Assembly: GCA_050949565.1 (NCBI GenBank)
Contig: JBMNFY010000017.1
Location: 352,001 to 416,000 of the forward strand
Origin: Kiritimatiellia bacterium
GTDB lineage: Bacteria > Verrucomicrobiota > Kiritimatiellia > RFP12 > UBA1067
Direction: 5' to 3'
DNA length: 64,000 bases
Part shown: in pieces, positions 47,094-56,134 of the stretch
Position numbering within the stretch: position 1 is the stretch's first letter
How the letters are laid out: the number at the start of each line of letters is the position of its first letter
Program-made: the position numbers and the translations under genes
Notes under the pieces: generated by a model
Told to the model about the DNA's origin: nothing
Seen by the model: only the letters and a program-made list of their open reading frames with translations
Databases searched by the model: none

Positions 47094-47609
47094 GTGAATA
47101 ACTAATAACTAATAGTGAATAACTAATAGTGAATAACTAATAGTGAATAACTAATGGTGAATAACTAATGGTGAATAACTAATAACTGTGAGATTACGGA
47201 GAGTTAAGCGGGCGATTGTTTCTTGAGAGTAAGAAGGCTACTGGTCAACAAGCGAAGCATCTCTTCGCAATCTGCGTAAATACCCGAAAAATCGCGGTGT
47301 GCGAGATAGTCGGTTTCATGGAGTAGTTCAAGCCAAAAAGCGGTTTCCGATGCTTCTTTCAAGGCGATCTGGAGCTTCAAAATAAAATCCTTCCTGCTAA
47401 TGGCATATTTAGACTCAGCGATGTTTGCGCCGATACTTGTACCACTGCGCAGAACCTGTTTGGACAAGACGAACTCTCTCTTCTTTTCGGTTAAGAATTG
47501 AAAAAGTCGGACGATTCTAATCGCAAACGCTTTACTTTTTGTCTGAAGTACGCCATCGGTTTTCATGCAAAATCTCTCCCAACTATTAGTTATTCATTAT
47601 TCACTATTC
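47094..47609 (-). mobile_element. Cassette B: four-helix-bundle gene between inverted (AATAGTG AATAACT)n arrays
   Basis: 14-mer tandem 47094-47187 and complementary arm 47581-47609; the cassette fills the moxR-DUF58 junction. Confidence 0.7.
47204..47566 (-). CDS. Four helix bundle protein (TIGR02436 / Avd-like)
   Basis: KSKAFAIRIV, LSKQVLRSGTSIGANIAE, SRKDF, IALKEASET.FWLELL. Confidence 0.92.
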   Translation of the reverse strand: MKTDGVLQTKSKAFAIRIVRLFQFLTEKKREFVLSKQVLRSGTSIGANIAESKYAISRKDFILKLQIALKEASETAFWLELLHETDYLAHRDFSGIYADCEEMLRLLTSSLLTLKKQSPA

Positions 47610-47613
47610 GTTT

Positions 47614-48597
47614 TTAGGGTACGGGGAGGGTGTTCAGGATGTCGGTGATGATTTTGTCGGTGGTGACCTCTTCGGCTTCGGCTTCGTAGGTGAGCATGAT
47701 GCGGTGGCGCAGCACATCGTGGGCGATCTCCTTGACGTCCTGCGGCGTGGCGTAAGCACGACCGTGCATCATCGCGTTGGCGCGCGCGGCCAGATTAAGG
47801 CAGAGCGTCGCGCGCGGCGAAGCGCCCATCTGAATCTGGTGCGTGAGCTTATCGAGTTTATGCGTTGCGGGGTCGCGTGTGGCGAGGACGATGTCGAGGA
47901 TGTAGTCGCCCACCTTTTCGTCGCAGTACACCTGATCGAGCGTGTCACGCAACGTTTGGACATCGGTTGCGGTGACGACAGCCTTGACCGACGCAGACTG
48001 CTTTTGAGTGAAGCGGTTCATGATGCGCCGCTCGTCATCGCGCGACGGGTGCGTGATGATACATTTGAGCATGAAGCGGTCGACCTGAGCCTCGGGCAAC
48101 GGATAGGTACCCTCCTGCTCGATCGGGTTTTGCGTGGCCATAACCAAGAAGGGCGCGGGCAGCGGATAGGTGTTTTCGCCGATCGTGACCTGATGCTCCT
48201 GCATCGCCTCAAGCAGCGCGCTCTGCACCTTGGCCGGGGCGCGGTTGATCTCGTCCGCCAACAGCAGGTTTGTGAAGACCGGCCCCTTCTTGGGCGTGAA
48301 GGTCGCATCCTTGGGGTTGTAGATCATCGTGCCGATCACGTCGGCAGGCAGCAGATCCGGCGTGAAGGAGATGCGCTGGAATTGCAGGCCGAGAGCCTGC
48401 GCCAGCGTTTTGACCGAAAGGGTTTTGGCAAGCCCCGGCACACCCTCAAGGAGGATGTGCCCACCGGTAATCAGAGCGATGAGAAGACGGTCAATCAGCT
48501 TCTCCTGCCCCACGATTACCTTGTTGACTTCTTGGCGGATCGCCGTCAACGTCTCGGCCTGCGCCGCGACTAGGTTAGTGGTTTTTTCTAAGTTCAT
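47614..48597 (-). CDS. moxR: MoxR-family AAA+ ATPase
   Basis: LEGVPGLAKT, FTPDLLPAD, LADEINRAPAKVQSALLEAM, ATQNPIEQEGTYPLPEAQ.DRF, GASPR. Confidence 0.95.
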   Translation of the reverse strand: MNLEKTTNLVAAQAETLTAIRQEVNKVIVGQEKLIDRLLIALITGGHILLEGVPGLAKTLSVKTLAQALGLQFQRISFTPDLLPADVIGTMIYNPKDATFTPKKGPVFTNLLLADEINRAPAKVQSALLEAMQEHQVTIGENTYPLPAPFLVMATQNPIEQEGTYPLPEAQVDRFMLKCIITHPSRDDERRIMNRFTQKQSASVKAVVTATDVQTLRDTLDQVYCDEKVGDYILDIVLATRDPATHKLDKLTHQIQMGASPRATLCLNLAARANAMMHGRAYATPQDVKEIAHDVLRHRIMLTYEAEAEEVTTDKIITDILNTLPVP

Positions 48598-48598
48598 T

Positions 48599-49771
48599 TT
48601 AATTAACTTGGGGCGCGGGCTTTGCCCCCGCATCGGGTTCTGCTTTAGGTTTCTCTTCTTTCTTAGGCGCTTCTTCTTTCTTCACCTCGGCCTTGGGCGC
48701 CTCCTCGTCCTTCGCCTCGTCCTTCGCCTCGTCCTTGGGCTCCTCCTTAGGTTTGACGAAATCGGCGCGGCTCTTGGTCATGTTCTCCGCGTTGTAGGAG
48801 GAGATCGCGTAGGCCCACTTGCCGGACTTGGCGTTGAAGTCGTCCACCTTCTTGGTGAGTGCGGCGTTTTCGGTCTCGTTCGTGCCGACCGGCGTGAAGG
48901 CGGCGTTCAGGCGGATGTAACGGTCGGTGCCGCCTTCAGCGACACCGCCGATCTTGGCGGTGTAGCGTTCGCCGTTCTTGAGGGCGACGGTAAAGACCGC
49001 GCCGGTGGTCAGGCCGAGTTGCTCGTCGGTGAGGGCGGGATCGACAACGGCGTTGAAATTCAGATAGCTGAGCGCCGACTCGACGCTGTAGGTCTTGGAT
49101 GTATCGAGTTCTTCCTTGTCGCCGAGGCCTTCCAGTGTCCAGGTGCCGTCCTTTTTGGCGAGCTTGACGGTTTTGCCATCGCGCGTCATTTCGGCGGCCG
49201 TCACGTCGGCCGAAGGCACCGAGGCAATCCGCGTATCGGTCCAGCTTTTGACATCGCCGTCAAAGGCATCGAGCGAATCCTTGACAAGCACCACGGTGTC
49301 GCTGCCGTCAGCCGCGACATAGCGCCCGTCCGGATAACCGCCGCCGCCGAACTGCGCCATTTCGCCTGTGGGCTGGCGCATGTGCTTGTCGCCGAGGCGT
49401 AGCGTAGCGAGCGATTTGCCGTCGGCGTTCTGCAGGTCGATCAAAATGGGGTCGTCCAGTTTCTTGCCGGAGGCCACATGGCCGGCCTTGAGATCGACGA
49501 GCTTGAGCAGGTTTTCCCGGATCTTGGTGATGTCGGCGGGATAGCCGTACAGCGATTCGATCACCCAGCCCGCATCGGTACTGGCGAGCACCAGCTTCTT
49601 GGCGGCGGGGCCGGCCTCGATCCGCGCGACCGCGCTGATGTCGAATTTCTTAACTACGGGCTTGCCGACAATCGAGGGGGCTTTCATTTTCCTGCTAGAG
49701 CTGCTGAGGTAGGCGAGCGCGACCAGTACGGCCGCAACAGCGGTAAGTATGATCAGTTTCTTGTTGGTCAT
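48599..49771 (-). CDS. DUF4340-like protein
   Basis: N-terminal TM, GYPAD, follows the GldG-like gene; charged low-complexity tail. Confidence 0.72.
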   Translation of the reverse strand: MTNKKLIILTAVAAVLVALAYLSSSSRKMKAPSIVGKPVVKKFDISAVARIEAGPAAKKLVLASTDAGWVIESLYGYPADITKIRENLLKLVDLKAGHVASGKKLDDPILIDLQNADGKSLATLRLGDKHMRQPTGEMAQFGGGGYPDGRYVAADGSDTVVLVKDSLDAFDGDVKSWTDTRIASVPSADVTAAEMTRDGKTVKLAKKDGTWTLEGLGDKEELDTSKTYSVESALSYLNFNAVVDPALTDEQLGLTTGAVFTVALKNGERYTAKIGGVAEGGTDRYIRLNAAFTPVGTNETENAALTKKVDDFNAKSGKWAYAISSYNAENMTKSRADFVKPKEEPKDEAKDEAKDEEAPKAEVKKEEAPKKEEKPKAEPDAGAKPAPQVN

Positions 49772-49803
49772 GGAACAATCCTTTTAAACGGTGAAAGTGA
49801 GTT

Positions 49804-49837
49804 CCGGCGGCGGGCACGGCAACGCGCCTGCCGCCGG
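49804..49837. other. GC-rich intergenic hairpin
   Basis: CCGGCGGCGGGC ... GCCTGCCGCCGG (11/12) just after the gldG-like stop. Confidence 0.5.
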
Positions 49838-49843
49838 TGCATG

Positions 49844-51742
49844 TCAATGTCGTTTCTTGCGCTGTACGCCGCGGAAGATGCCGAAGCCGATCACCAGCAA
49901 CGGAACCAGCGCGATGTTCACGACTTTAAGGGTGAGGCCGAGGCGCTCGATATCCTTGTTCAGGTTCTTGCGGACCTCCTTGAGCTGTTTGCGCGTCTCC
50001 GCCTGCGTCTTGCGGAACTGCTCCAACTCGGCCTGCTGCTCCTTGGAGAGGATCAGGCGCTCGTTGCCGCTCTTCTTCTGCTGGAGATCGGCGAGGCGCT
50101 GCTGGGTCTCCTGCAGGGCGGCCTCGAGGCGCTCTTCTTCGGCCTGCCACTGCTTCATGGCCTTGACCTCGAGCTGGTCGACCTTGACGAACGGGCGGTT
50201 GAACTGGCCGCGCGAGCGCACCCCGATCAGCTCTTCGCGGCCGGCTAACTGCTCAACCGTGTTGCCGAAGAGCGTCAGGTTGTCGTTGATCGGCTGCGCG
50301 ACCTGGCCGAAGAGCGAGTTCATGACCTGCACGCAGAAGCGGTCGTGAAGGAAGTCGGCGTCGCCGAAGACCATGACCGTGCTGGTGCCCGAAGACAGGT
50401 GAGTGGGCACGGCGTTGGTGGCGGTCTCGGTCCCGTTGGTCGAGAGACCGTTCGGGAAGGCGGTTTTGAAGGTGCCCTGCAGGCGCGCGGCGAGAATGCG
50501 CTGAGCGCCGTCAGGCTTGAGCTGGGCGCGCATGGCACTCATGCCGAACTGCGCGTTCATCTGATCCACCAGACAGGCGTTGTCCGTGGAGGTGGTGATG
50601 AGCGGCGTGAAGGTGATCTCCTTGGGCGTGTTGGCCGAGAGCGCACCGGCGAAAGGCAACATCACCTGCGAAAGCTGCGCGGTGATCAAGTCGTCCTTCG
50701 ACATGTTGGCGGTACCCAGCGAAAGGAAGGCGGGATTGTCTTCCACACGGCCATTACCGGCGTTGAGCTTGGTGGCCGCGCTAAGATCGGCAACGACCTT
50801 AGTGGTATCGAAGGTCACGCCCCACGCCTCGAACAGCTTGCCGAGGGTAGAGGGACCCGCCTGTCCGCCGCCCATCTGCATCATCATCGGATTCTGCTGC
50901 TGGTTGGCCTCGAAGTCCGCGATGTTGAAAGGATCCACGCAGACGATCAGGCGACCGCCGCGCAGCACGAACTGGTCGATCGCAAAGAGCGCCTTGTCCT
51001 CAAGGTTCTTCGGGTGTACCACGATCAGCGTCGTGACATCCGCGTCGATCGCTTCGGTATCAGGCTGGATCTCGCGCACGGTGTAATCCTTGCGCAACTC
51101 ACGGAAAACAATCCAGCCCTGATCCTGCTGCTGGCGGCGCATCATCATGGGATTCGGCGGCGTACCGAGCACACTCAGACTGCTGAGCACGCCGACGACC
51201 GGCTTCTCGGGCCAGGCCACGCGCGTGATCAAGCGGGTGATGTCGTACTCCAGAGTCGCCTCAGTACGCGGATTGAAGCCGGGAATGACCGCCTCGGTCT
51301 CGCCGCAAACCGCGACCAGGCCGAAGTAGACCGGTTTGCCGAACGGGTTGGTCTGCTGCGGCTCGATGCCGTAGCGCTGCGCCCACTCTTCAGCATCCGA
51401 GTCGGGTTTCGGGTCGTAGGCTTCGAGCACGATGTGCCCCTTACCAGCCAGTTCGTACTCTTTGAGCAGATCCTGCACTTGGTTGGCGTAGGTCTTGAGG
51501 TACATCGGCATCTCATCCGCCGACGCACTGAAGTAGAACTTGAGCGTCACGTCGTTTTCGAGTTTGCCGAGCACCTGCTTCGAGCCGTTCGAGAGCGTAT
51601 AGAGCTGCTCGGCGGTCAGGTCGACGCGCAGGCGCAGGTTGGAGATAATCAGATTGACGGCACCGATGATGACCAGCAGGATCAACAGTCCCGCAAGGCC
51701 GGAGCCGAAGCGTGAGAGAAATTTCGATTTATTTGCAGACAT
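49844..51742 (-). CDS. GldG-like ABC transporter auxiliary component
   Basis: RVDLT..LYTLS, YFGLV, LEYDITR, IDQFVLRGG, GDADF, LIGVRSR. Confidence 0.88.
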   Translation of the reverse strand: MSANKSKFLSRFGSGLAGLLILLVIIGAVNLIISNLRLRVDLTAEQLYTLSNGSKQVLGKLENDVTLKFYFSASADEMPMYLKTYANQVQDLLKEYELAGKGHIVLEAYDPKPDSDAEEWAQRYGIEPQQTNPFGKPVYFGLVAVCGETEAVIPGFNPRTEATLEYDITRLITRVAWPEKPVVGVLSSLSVLGTPPNPMMMRRQQQDQGWIVFRELRKDYTVREIQPDTEAIDADVTTLIVVHPKNLEDKALFAIDQFVLRGGRLIVCVDPFNIADFEANQQQNPMMMQMGGGQAGPSTLGKLFEAWGVTFDTTKVVADLSAATKLNAGNGRVEDNPAFLSLGTANMSKDDLITAQLSQVMLPFAGALSANTPKEITFTPLITTSTDNACLVDQMNAQFGMSAMRAQLKPDGAQRILAARLQGTFKTAFPNGLSTNGTETATNAVPTHLSSGTSTVMVFGDADFLHDRFCVQVMNSLFGQVAQPINDNLTLFGNTVEQLAGREELIGVRSRGQFNRPFVKVDQLEVKAMKQWQAEEERLEAALQETQQRLADLQQKKSGNERLILSKEQQAELEQFRKTQAETRKQLKEVRKNLNKDIERLGLTLKVVNIALVPLLVIGFGIFRGVQRKKRH

Positions 51743-51766
51743 AACAGACTCCAAAAGATTTCAATG

Positions 51767-52510
51767 TCAGGAGGCCTTACGGTTGTCGGTGACCACATGC
51801 GCAGCGGCCAGCATGAAGACCATGACGCCGATGTAATAGCCGATGTCGTAAAAGTCGATCACACCGCGGCGCATGGCGTCGAAGTGCTGCATCAGACTGC
51901 ACGACGCGACCGCGTTGACGATGCCAGCCGGCACGCCCCACCCCGAGACGGCATTGATCACGGGGTCGAACCCGATGATCAGCAGGAGGAGGCAGATCGC
52001 AAGGGCGATCACAAAGCCAATCACCTGACTGCGCGAGAGCGCCGAGGCGAACACCCCGATCGCCACGCAGGCACCGGCGAGCAGGAACGAGCCCAGATAG
52101 CCGCAGAAGATCGCGCCCATGTCGGGGTCGCCCAGCCAGACCGTGGTCAGCACGATCGGGAAGGTCAGCGCCAGCGCGATGCCGATAAAGGCCCACGCGG
52201 CAAGGAACTTACCCACGAGCGCCTCGGCCAGCGTAATTGGGAGGGTGAGCAACAACTCGATGGTGCCGGTGCGCCGCTCCTCGGCCCAGAGGCCCATCGT
52301 CGCCGCCGGAACCAGCAGCAGGTAGACCCACGGATGCCAGAAGAAGAACGGCGTCAGGTTGGCCTGGCGACGCTCGTAGAACATGGTCACGCCGAACGTG
52401 AGGAAGCCGACGAGTACCAAGAAGGCGACGAGAAAGACATACGCCACGGGCGAATCAAAGTAAGCTCTGAATTCGCGTTGGAAAATGGCCTTAACATTTT
52501 TTAGGTTCAT
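51767..52510 (-). CDS. ABC-2 permease (GldF-like)
   Basis: RE..AYF.SPVAY, MGLWAEERRTGTIELLLTLP, GKFLA. Confidence 0.92.
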   Translation of the reverse strand: MNLKNVKAIFQREFRAYFDSPVAYVFLVAFLVLVGFLTFGVTMFYERRQANLTPFFFWHPWVYLLLVPAATMGLWAEERRTGTIELLLTLPITLAEALVGKFLAAWAFIGIALALTFPIVLTTVWLGDPDMGAIFCGYLGSFLLAGACVAIGVFASALSRSQVIGFVIALAICLLLLIIGFDPVINAVSGWGVPAGIVNAVASCSLMQHFDAMRRGVIDFYDIGYYIGVMVFMLAAAHVVTDNRKAS

Positions 52511-53238
52511 TATTTGGAGGTCTCCTCGGTCATGGTTAGGTTACGGAACACCACATCCAGGCGGCCCTGGGGACCCTTGGCGCGCAGTTCGTCCGGCGTA
52601 CCGTTGGCCACCACCCTCCCGTCTGAGATGATGATCGCGCGCGTACAGACTGCATCTACCTCTTCAAGAATGTGCGTGGAAATAATGATCGCCTTGTCGG
52701 CCGCCATCTCCTTGATCATCTGGCGCACCACGAACTTCTGGTTCGGATCCAGACCGTCCGTCGGCTCGTCCATGATCAGCACTTGGGGATCGTGGAGGAT
52801 CGCCTGCGCGAAACAGGTGCGCTGGCGGTAACCTTTGGAAAGCGTCTCGATCGTCTGGTTGCGCACGCTCTCGAGCCGGCTTTTGACGATCGCATTTTCG
52901 ACCTTATCGCGCAGCTCTTTTCCCATGTAGCCGCGCACCTTGGCGATGAAGGTGAGAAAATCTGTCACGGTCATGGTGTGATAACTTGGCGCATTCTCCG
53001 GCAGATAGCCCATGCAGCGCTTGGCGGCCACGGGGGCAGTTATGATGTCATGGCCGCAGATCGTGGCTGTTCCCGACGTGGGCGGGATAAACCCAGTAAT
53101 CATGCGCATCGTCGTTGATTTTCCCGCGCCGTTCGGCCCGAGAAAGCCTAGGACTTCACCCTTCTCCACGGTAAAGGAGACATCCTTAACCGCTTGGAGC
53201 GAGCCGAAGTCTTTTCTGAGGTTACTTACGGTCAGCAT
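52510..53238 (-). CDS. ABC ATP-binding protein (GldA-like)
   Basis: GPNGAGKST, LSKGYRQR, MDEPTDGLDPNQ, STHIL. Confidence 0.94.
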   Translation of the reverse strand: MLTVSNLRKDFGSLQAVKDVSFTVEKGEVLGFLGPNGAGKSTTMRMITGFIPPTSGTATICGHDIITAPVAAKRCMGYLPENAPSYHTMTVTDFLTFIAKVRGYMGKELRDKVENAIVKSRLESVRNQTIETLSKGYRQRTCFAQAILHDPQVLIMDEPTDGLDPNQKFVVRQMIKEMAADKAIIISTHILEEVDAVCTRAIIISDGRVVANGTPDELRAKGPQGRLDVVFRNLTMTEETSK

Positions 53239-53349
53239 CTGGTTCCTCTATTTGTTGGTTGACGCAACACCCGGCCTATACAGTCCAGGTAACAAAAAGT
53301 CATGCAAAAGAAGGTAGCAGATGGTGTGCCACAATGTCTACCACGCATT

Positions 53350-54052
53350 ACGCGGGCGTCCCCGCCAGCAGGAAGTTGAGCGTTGAAAGTTGAGCGTTTT
53401 TTTAACGCAGAGACGCGGAGACGCAGAGATTTTTGCAGGGCACCGGCATCGCTATCGCCGCAGGTCGCATGTCGCGAGTCGCGATTGCGACCACCCAGTG
53501 GTCGCAATGATGAGTGTGAAAGCCCTGCTCTGCCTTGGCCGAATCCGATCCCGATCCCGATAGCGATCCCAACGGCGGCGTGAAACGCCGCCCGGACGAG
53601 CAGACGCTCGTCCCTCCCGGCGCTCCGCGAGTCCGGTCATAGGCTGGAGGGCGAGCGTCTTCGCGAGACGCCTTCCGCGCCGTGCGCGGAATCACAGCCC
53701 CGAAGGGGCGGCATCACCTTAGCCCAGGGCAAGCGCAGCGCAGCCCTGAGTCATGGAGTGCAAGGCATGGTGGCCTGAAAGGTCACTTCAAACTTGCAGA
53801 GCATCGCTATCGGTATCGCTATCGGTATCGCGCGAGTCGCAGGTCGCCAGTCGCAAGCCGCGAGTCAACCTGATGAGTGTAAAAACGGGCGGAAGACGGG
53901 CGCCGAGCGTACGCGGGACATGCGCTAACTCCTTGCCTATAACTTGAGCGTTAAAAGTTGAACGTTGAGCGTTAAACGTTTTTAACTCAGAACTCAGAAC
54001 GCTGAACGTCGAACGCTGAACTCTGAAGGTGAAAACTCCTTGCCTATCACTT
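53350..54052. repeat. Repeat mosaic (heptamers, hexamers, REP-like palindromes, 25-bp palindrome, ~100-bp element)
   Basis: Long blocks shared with 54740-55380 and 59900-60316. Confidence 0.9.
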
Positions 54053-54173
54053 ACACCGGCCAGAGTTATCCTCATTTACATTCCCGTGCGAAGCGCGGGC
54101 GGCGAGTTAACCAATCACGAAAACACTAAAACACGGCTTGTCCCGCGTATCACAAGTGTGTTACAGTGGCGAC

Positions 54174-54431
54174 ATGAAAACAGCCGTACTACACACGCGA
54201 ATTGATCCGAAATTAAAAACCCAGGCGGAAACTGTTTTTGAAAAGATCGGCCTTTCGTCATCGGACGCGATACGCATTTTCTACAAGCAGGTCGTTCTCC
54301 GTAAAGGGCTCCCTTTTGACGTCTCGATCCCCAACAAGGAAACGGCGGAGACTCTTGCCAAGAGTCGCCGAGGTGAGGACGTAGAAACGTTCGACTCCCT
54401 TGACGAACTTTTCGAGAGTTGGGAGAAGTGA
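54174..54431 (+). CDS. dinJ: RelB/DinJ-family antitoxin
   Basis: RID..LK.QAE.VF..IGLS.SDAIR.F..Q.....GLPFD..IPN.ET. Confidence 0.92.
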   Translation: MKTAVLHTRIDPKLKTQAETVFEKIGLSSSDAIRIFYKQVVLRKGLPFDVSIPNKETAETLAKSRRGEDVETFDSLDELFESWEK

Positions 54432-54700
54432 AAAAGGTTTCGCAAACCAAGCAATTTCGCCGTGATGTGAAACGCATGCAGAAACGTGGCAAGGACTTGT
54501 CCAAACTCCAGGCTCTCGTCCGCTTGTTGGCGTACGGCCACCCGCTATCCCCCCAACACCGCGATCATCCACTGCTTGGAGATTGGGCTCCATCCAGAGA
54601 CTGCCATATCGAACCGGACTGGGTTCTTATCTACACGCCGGGCCCCGATACCCTCTTGCTTGAACGAACAGGGACACACGCCGATTTGTTTGGGAAGTGA
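54428..54700 (+). CDS. yafQ: YafQ-family mRNA interferase toxin
   Basis: FRRDVKR..KRG, RDHPL.GDW..RDCHIEPDWVLIY, RTGTHADLF; GTGA overlap. Confidence 0.93.
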   Translation: MKKVSQTKQFRRDVKRMQKRGKDLSKLQALVRLLAYGHPLSPQHRDHPLLGDWAPSRDCHIEPDWVLIYTPGPDTLLLERTGTHADLFGK

Positions 54701-54739
54701 AACCGGCTTCTACCGAATTAGGAACGGAAACGAGCCTTG

Positions 54740-55515
54740 AGAGGCGGTAAGGCGGTAAGGCAGTAAGGGGCAGCAGGCAATAAGCTTTGGTGCGCAAAAT
54801 TTGGAATGCGGTGATAAGAGCCGCGCTGTGCGCGGAAGCACAGCCCCGAAGGGGCGGCATCACCTTAGCCCAGGGCAAGCGCAGCGCAGCCCTGGGTCGT
54901 GGAACGAAAGGCATGGTGGCCTGAAAGGTCACTTCAAACTTACAGAGCATTGCTATCGGTATCGCTATCGGAATCGCTATCGCTATCGGTATCGGTATCG
55001 CCGCAGGTCGCATGTCGCGCGTCGTGAGTCAACCTCTCTTATTGCGACCACCCAGTGGTCGCAATGATGAGTGTAAAAGCCCTGCTCTGCTTTTGCCGAA
55101 TCCGATTCCGATCCCGATAGCGATCCCGATCCCGATCTGGATGAGGCTTTAAACCAGAAACAAAGGACAGAAAAACACCGCAGAGACGCAGGGATTTTTT
55201 ACGGGGTGGCGGCGTGACCGCCGCCGGGGAGGGACGAGCGTCTGCTTGCCCGCGGACAAGTGACACTTGTCCCTCCCGGTGCTCCGCAATGAAACCCGAA
55301 ACCATCCTTCCGCACAGCGGAAGGCGGCTCGTGGGGACACTCGCCCTCCATCGTAACTAAGGGACAGGTATTTAGACGCTCTTAAATGGTCGGATGCTCA
55401 AGGAACAGGGGCACGGACATTCCTGTCCGTGGCACGGGTTGGAAAACCCGTGCTCCTTTCGCCGCGCATAACGCGGCGTGGTCAAGCGGACGCTTGACCC
55501 TCCCGGTGCTTCGCA
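54740..55515. repeat. Repeat mosaic between the two convergent TA modules
   Basis: GGCGGTAA octamers, TTGGAATGCGG, CAGCCCCGAAGGGGCG..., (GCTATC/GGTATC)n, 25-bp palindrome, CACGGACATTCCTGTCCGTG. Confidence 0.9.
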
Positions 55516-55553
55516 AGTCCGGCAAATTGTCGTCCCACTCATCCGTGGATGTG

Positions 55554-55811
55554 TCAGCGGTACACTTCACGGCGGTGTCCGATGCGGATGACGACAACGA
55601 CAAGCTCACAGTCACGAATCGCGTAAACAATTCGCCAGTCACCTACGCGGACGCGGTAGAGGCCTTCCACGCCGACCAACTTAACAGCATCAGGTGGTCG
55701 AGGATCGTCCTCAAGAGACTCGAATTTGAGGACAACGCGATGCCGCACGTCGCTGGGCATGTGGTCGAGTACCTTGCACGTCCGTTTATCTAAGCGGACG
55801 GAGAACTTCAC
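55554..55811 (-). CDS. relE: RelE/ParE-family toxin
   Basis: L..DPRP....KL.G....YRVRVGDWRIVY.I.D..LVV.VIRIGHRREVYR. Confidence 0.93.
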   Translation of the reverse strand: MKFSVRLDKRTCKVLDHMPSDVRHRVVLKFESLEDDPRPPDAVKLVGVEGLYRVRVGDWRIVYAIRDCELVVVVIRIGHRREVYR

Positions 55812-56074
55812 GTCTCGGCCACCCGTCCCGCCAGATATTCGTCAAGGGTGTTAAAGGCGGCGGGATTGCGGTCGTACTCCTTGAGCACTTTCGTGGCGGC
55901 TCGAACATCCTTTGCGTCTTCAAGCTTCTGGAGCAGGGCGAGGTCTTCAGTTGAAATTAATGCGGCGACCGGCTTCCCGCGCCGGGCGAGGACAACCCGC
56001 TCGCCTCCGTAAGAAACGCGGTTGATCGCCTCCGCCAGTCTGTTGCGCGCCTCGACAATGCTGAGCGTGGTCAT
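55808..56074 (-). CDS. Phd/YefM-family antitoxin
   Basis: SIVEARNRLAEAINRV.YGGERVVL.RRGKPVAALIS.EDL; AAGGAG RBS. Confidence 0.92.
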   Translation of the reverse strand: MTTLSIVEARNRLAEAINRVSYGGERVVLARRGKPVAALISTEDLALLQKLEDAKDVRAATKVLKEYDRNPAAFNTLDEYLAGRVAET

Positions 56075-56104
56075 GGTGTTTTGTCTCCTTCCTTTCATGT
56101 CCAT

Positions 56105-56133
56105 AATGTACACAACCGCGCGTTGCGGGTCAA
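56105..56133 (-). promoter_or_regulatory. Sigma70 promoter of the phd-relE operon
   Basis: TTGACC-17 bp-TACATT. Confidence 0.65.
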
Positions 56134-56134
56134 T

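Noticed and set aside
43371-47566. Diversity-generating retroelement (Avd-like genes)
   Set aside because: No reverse transcriptase and no TR/VR pair with adenine-specific differences seen in the window
43355-47609. 23S rRNA fragments around the IVP-like genes
   Set aside because: The flanks are protein-coding bat genes; no rRNA or tRNA sequence was recognised anywhere in the window
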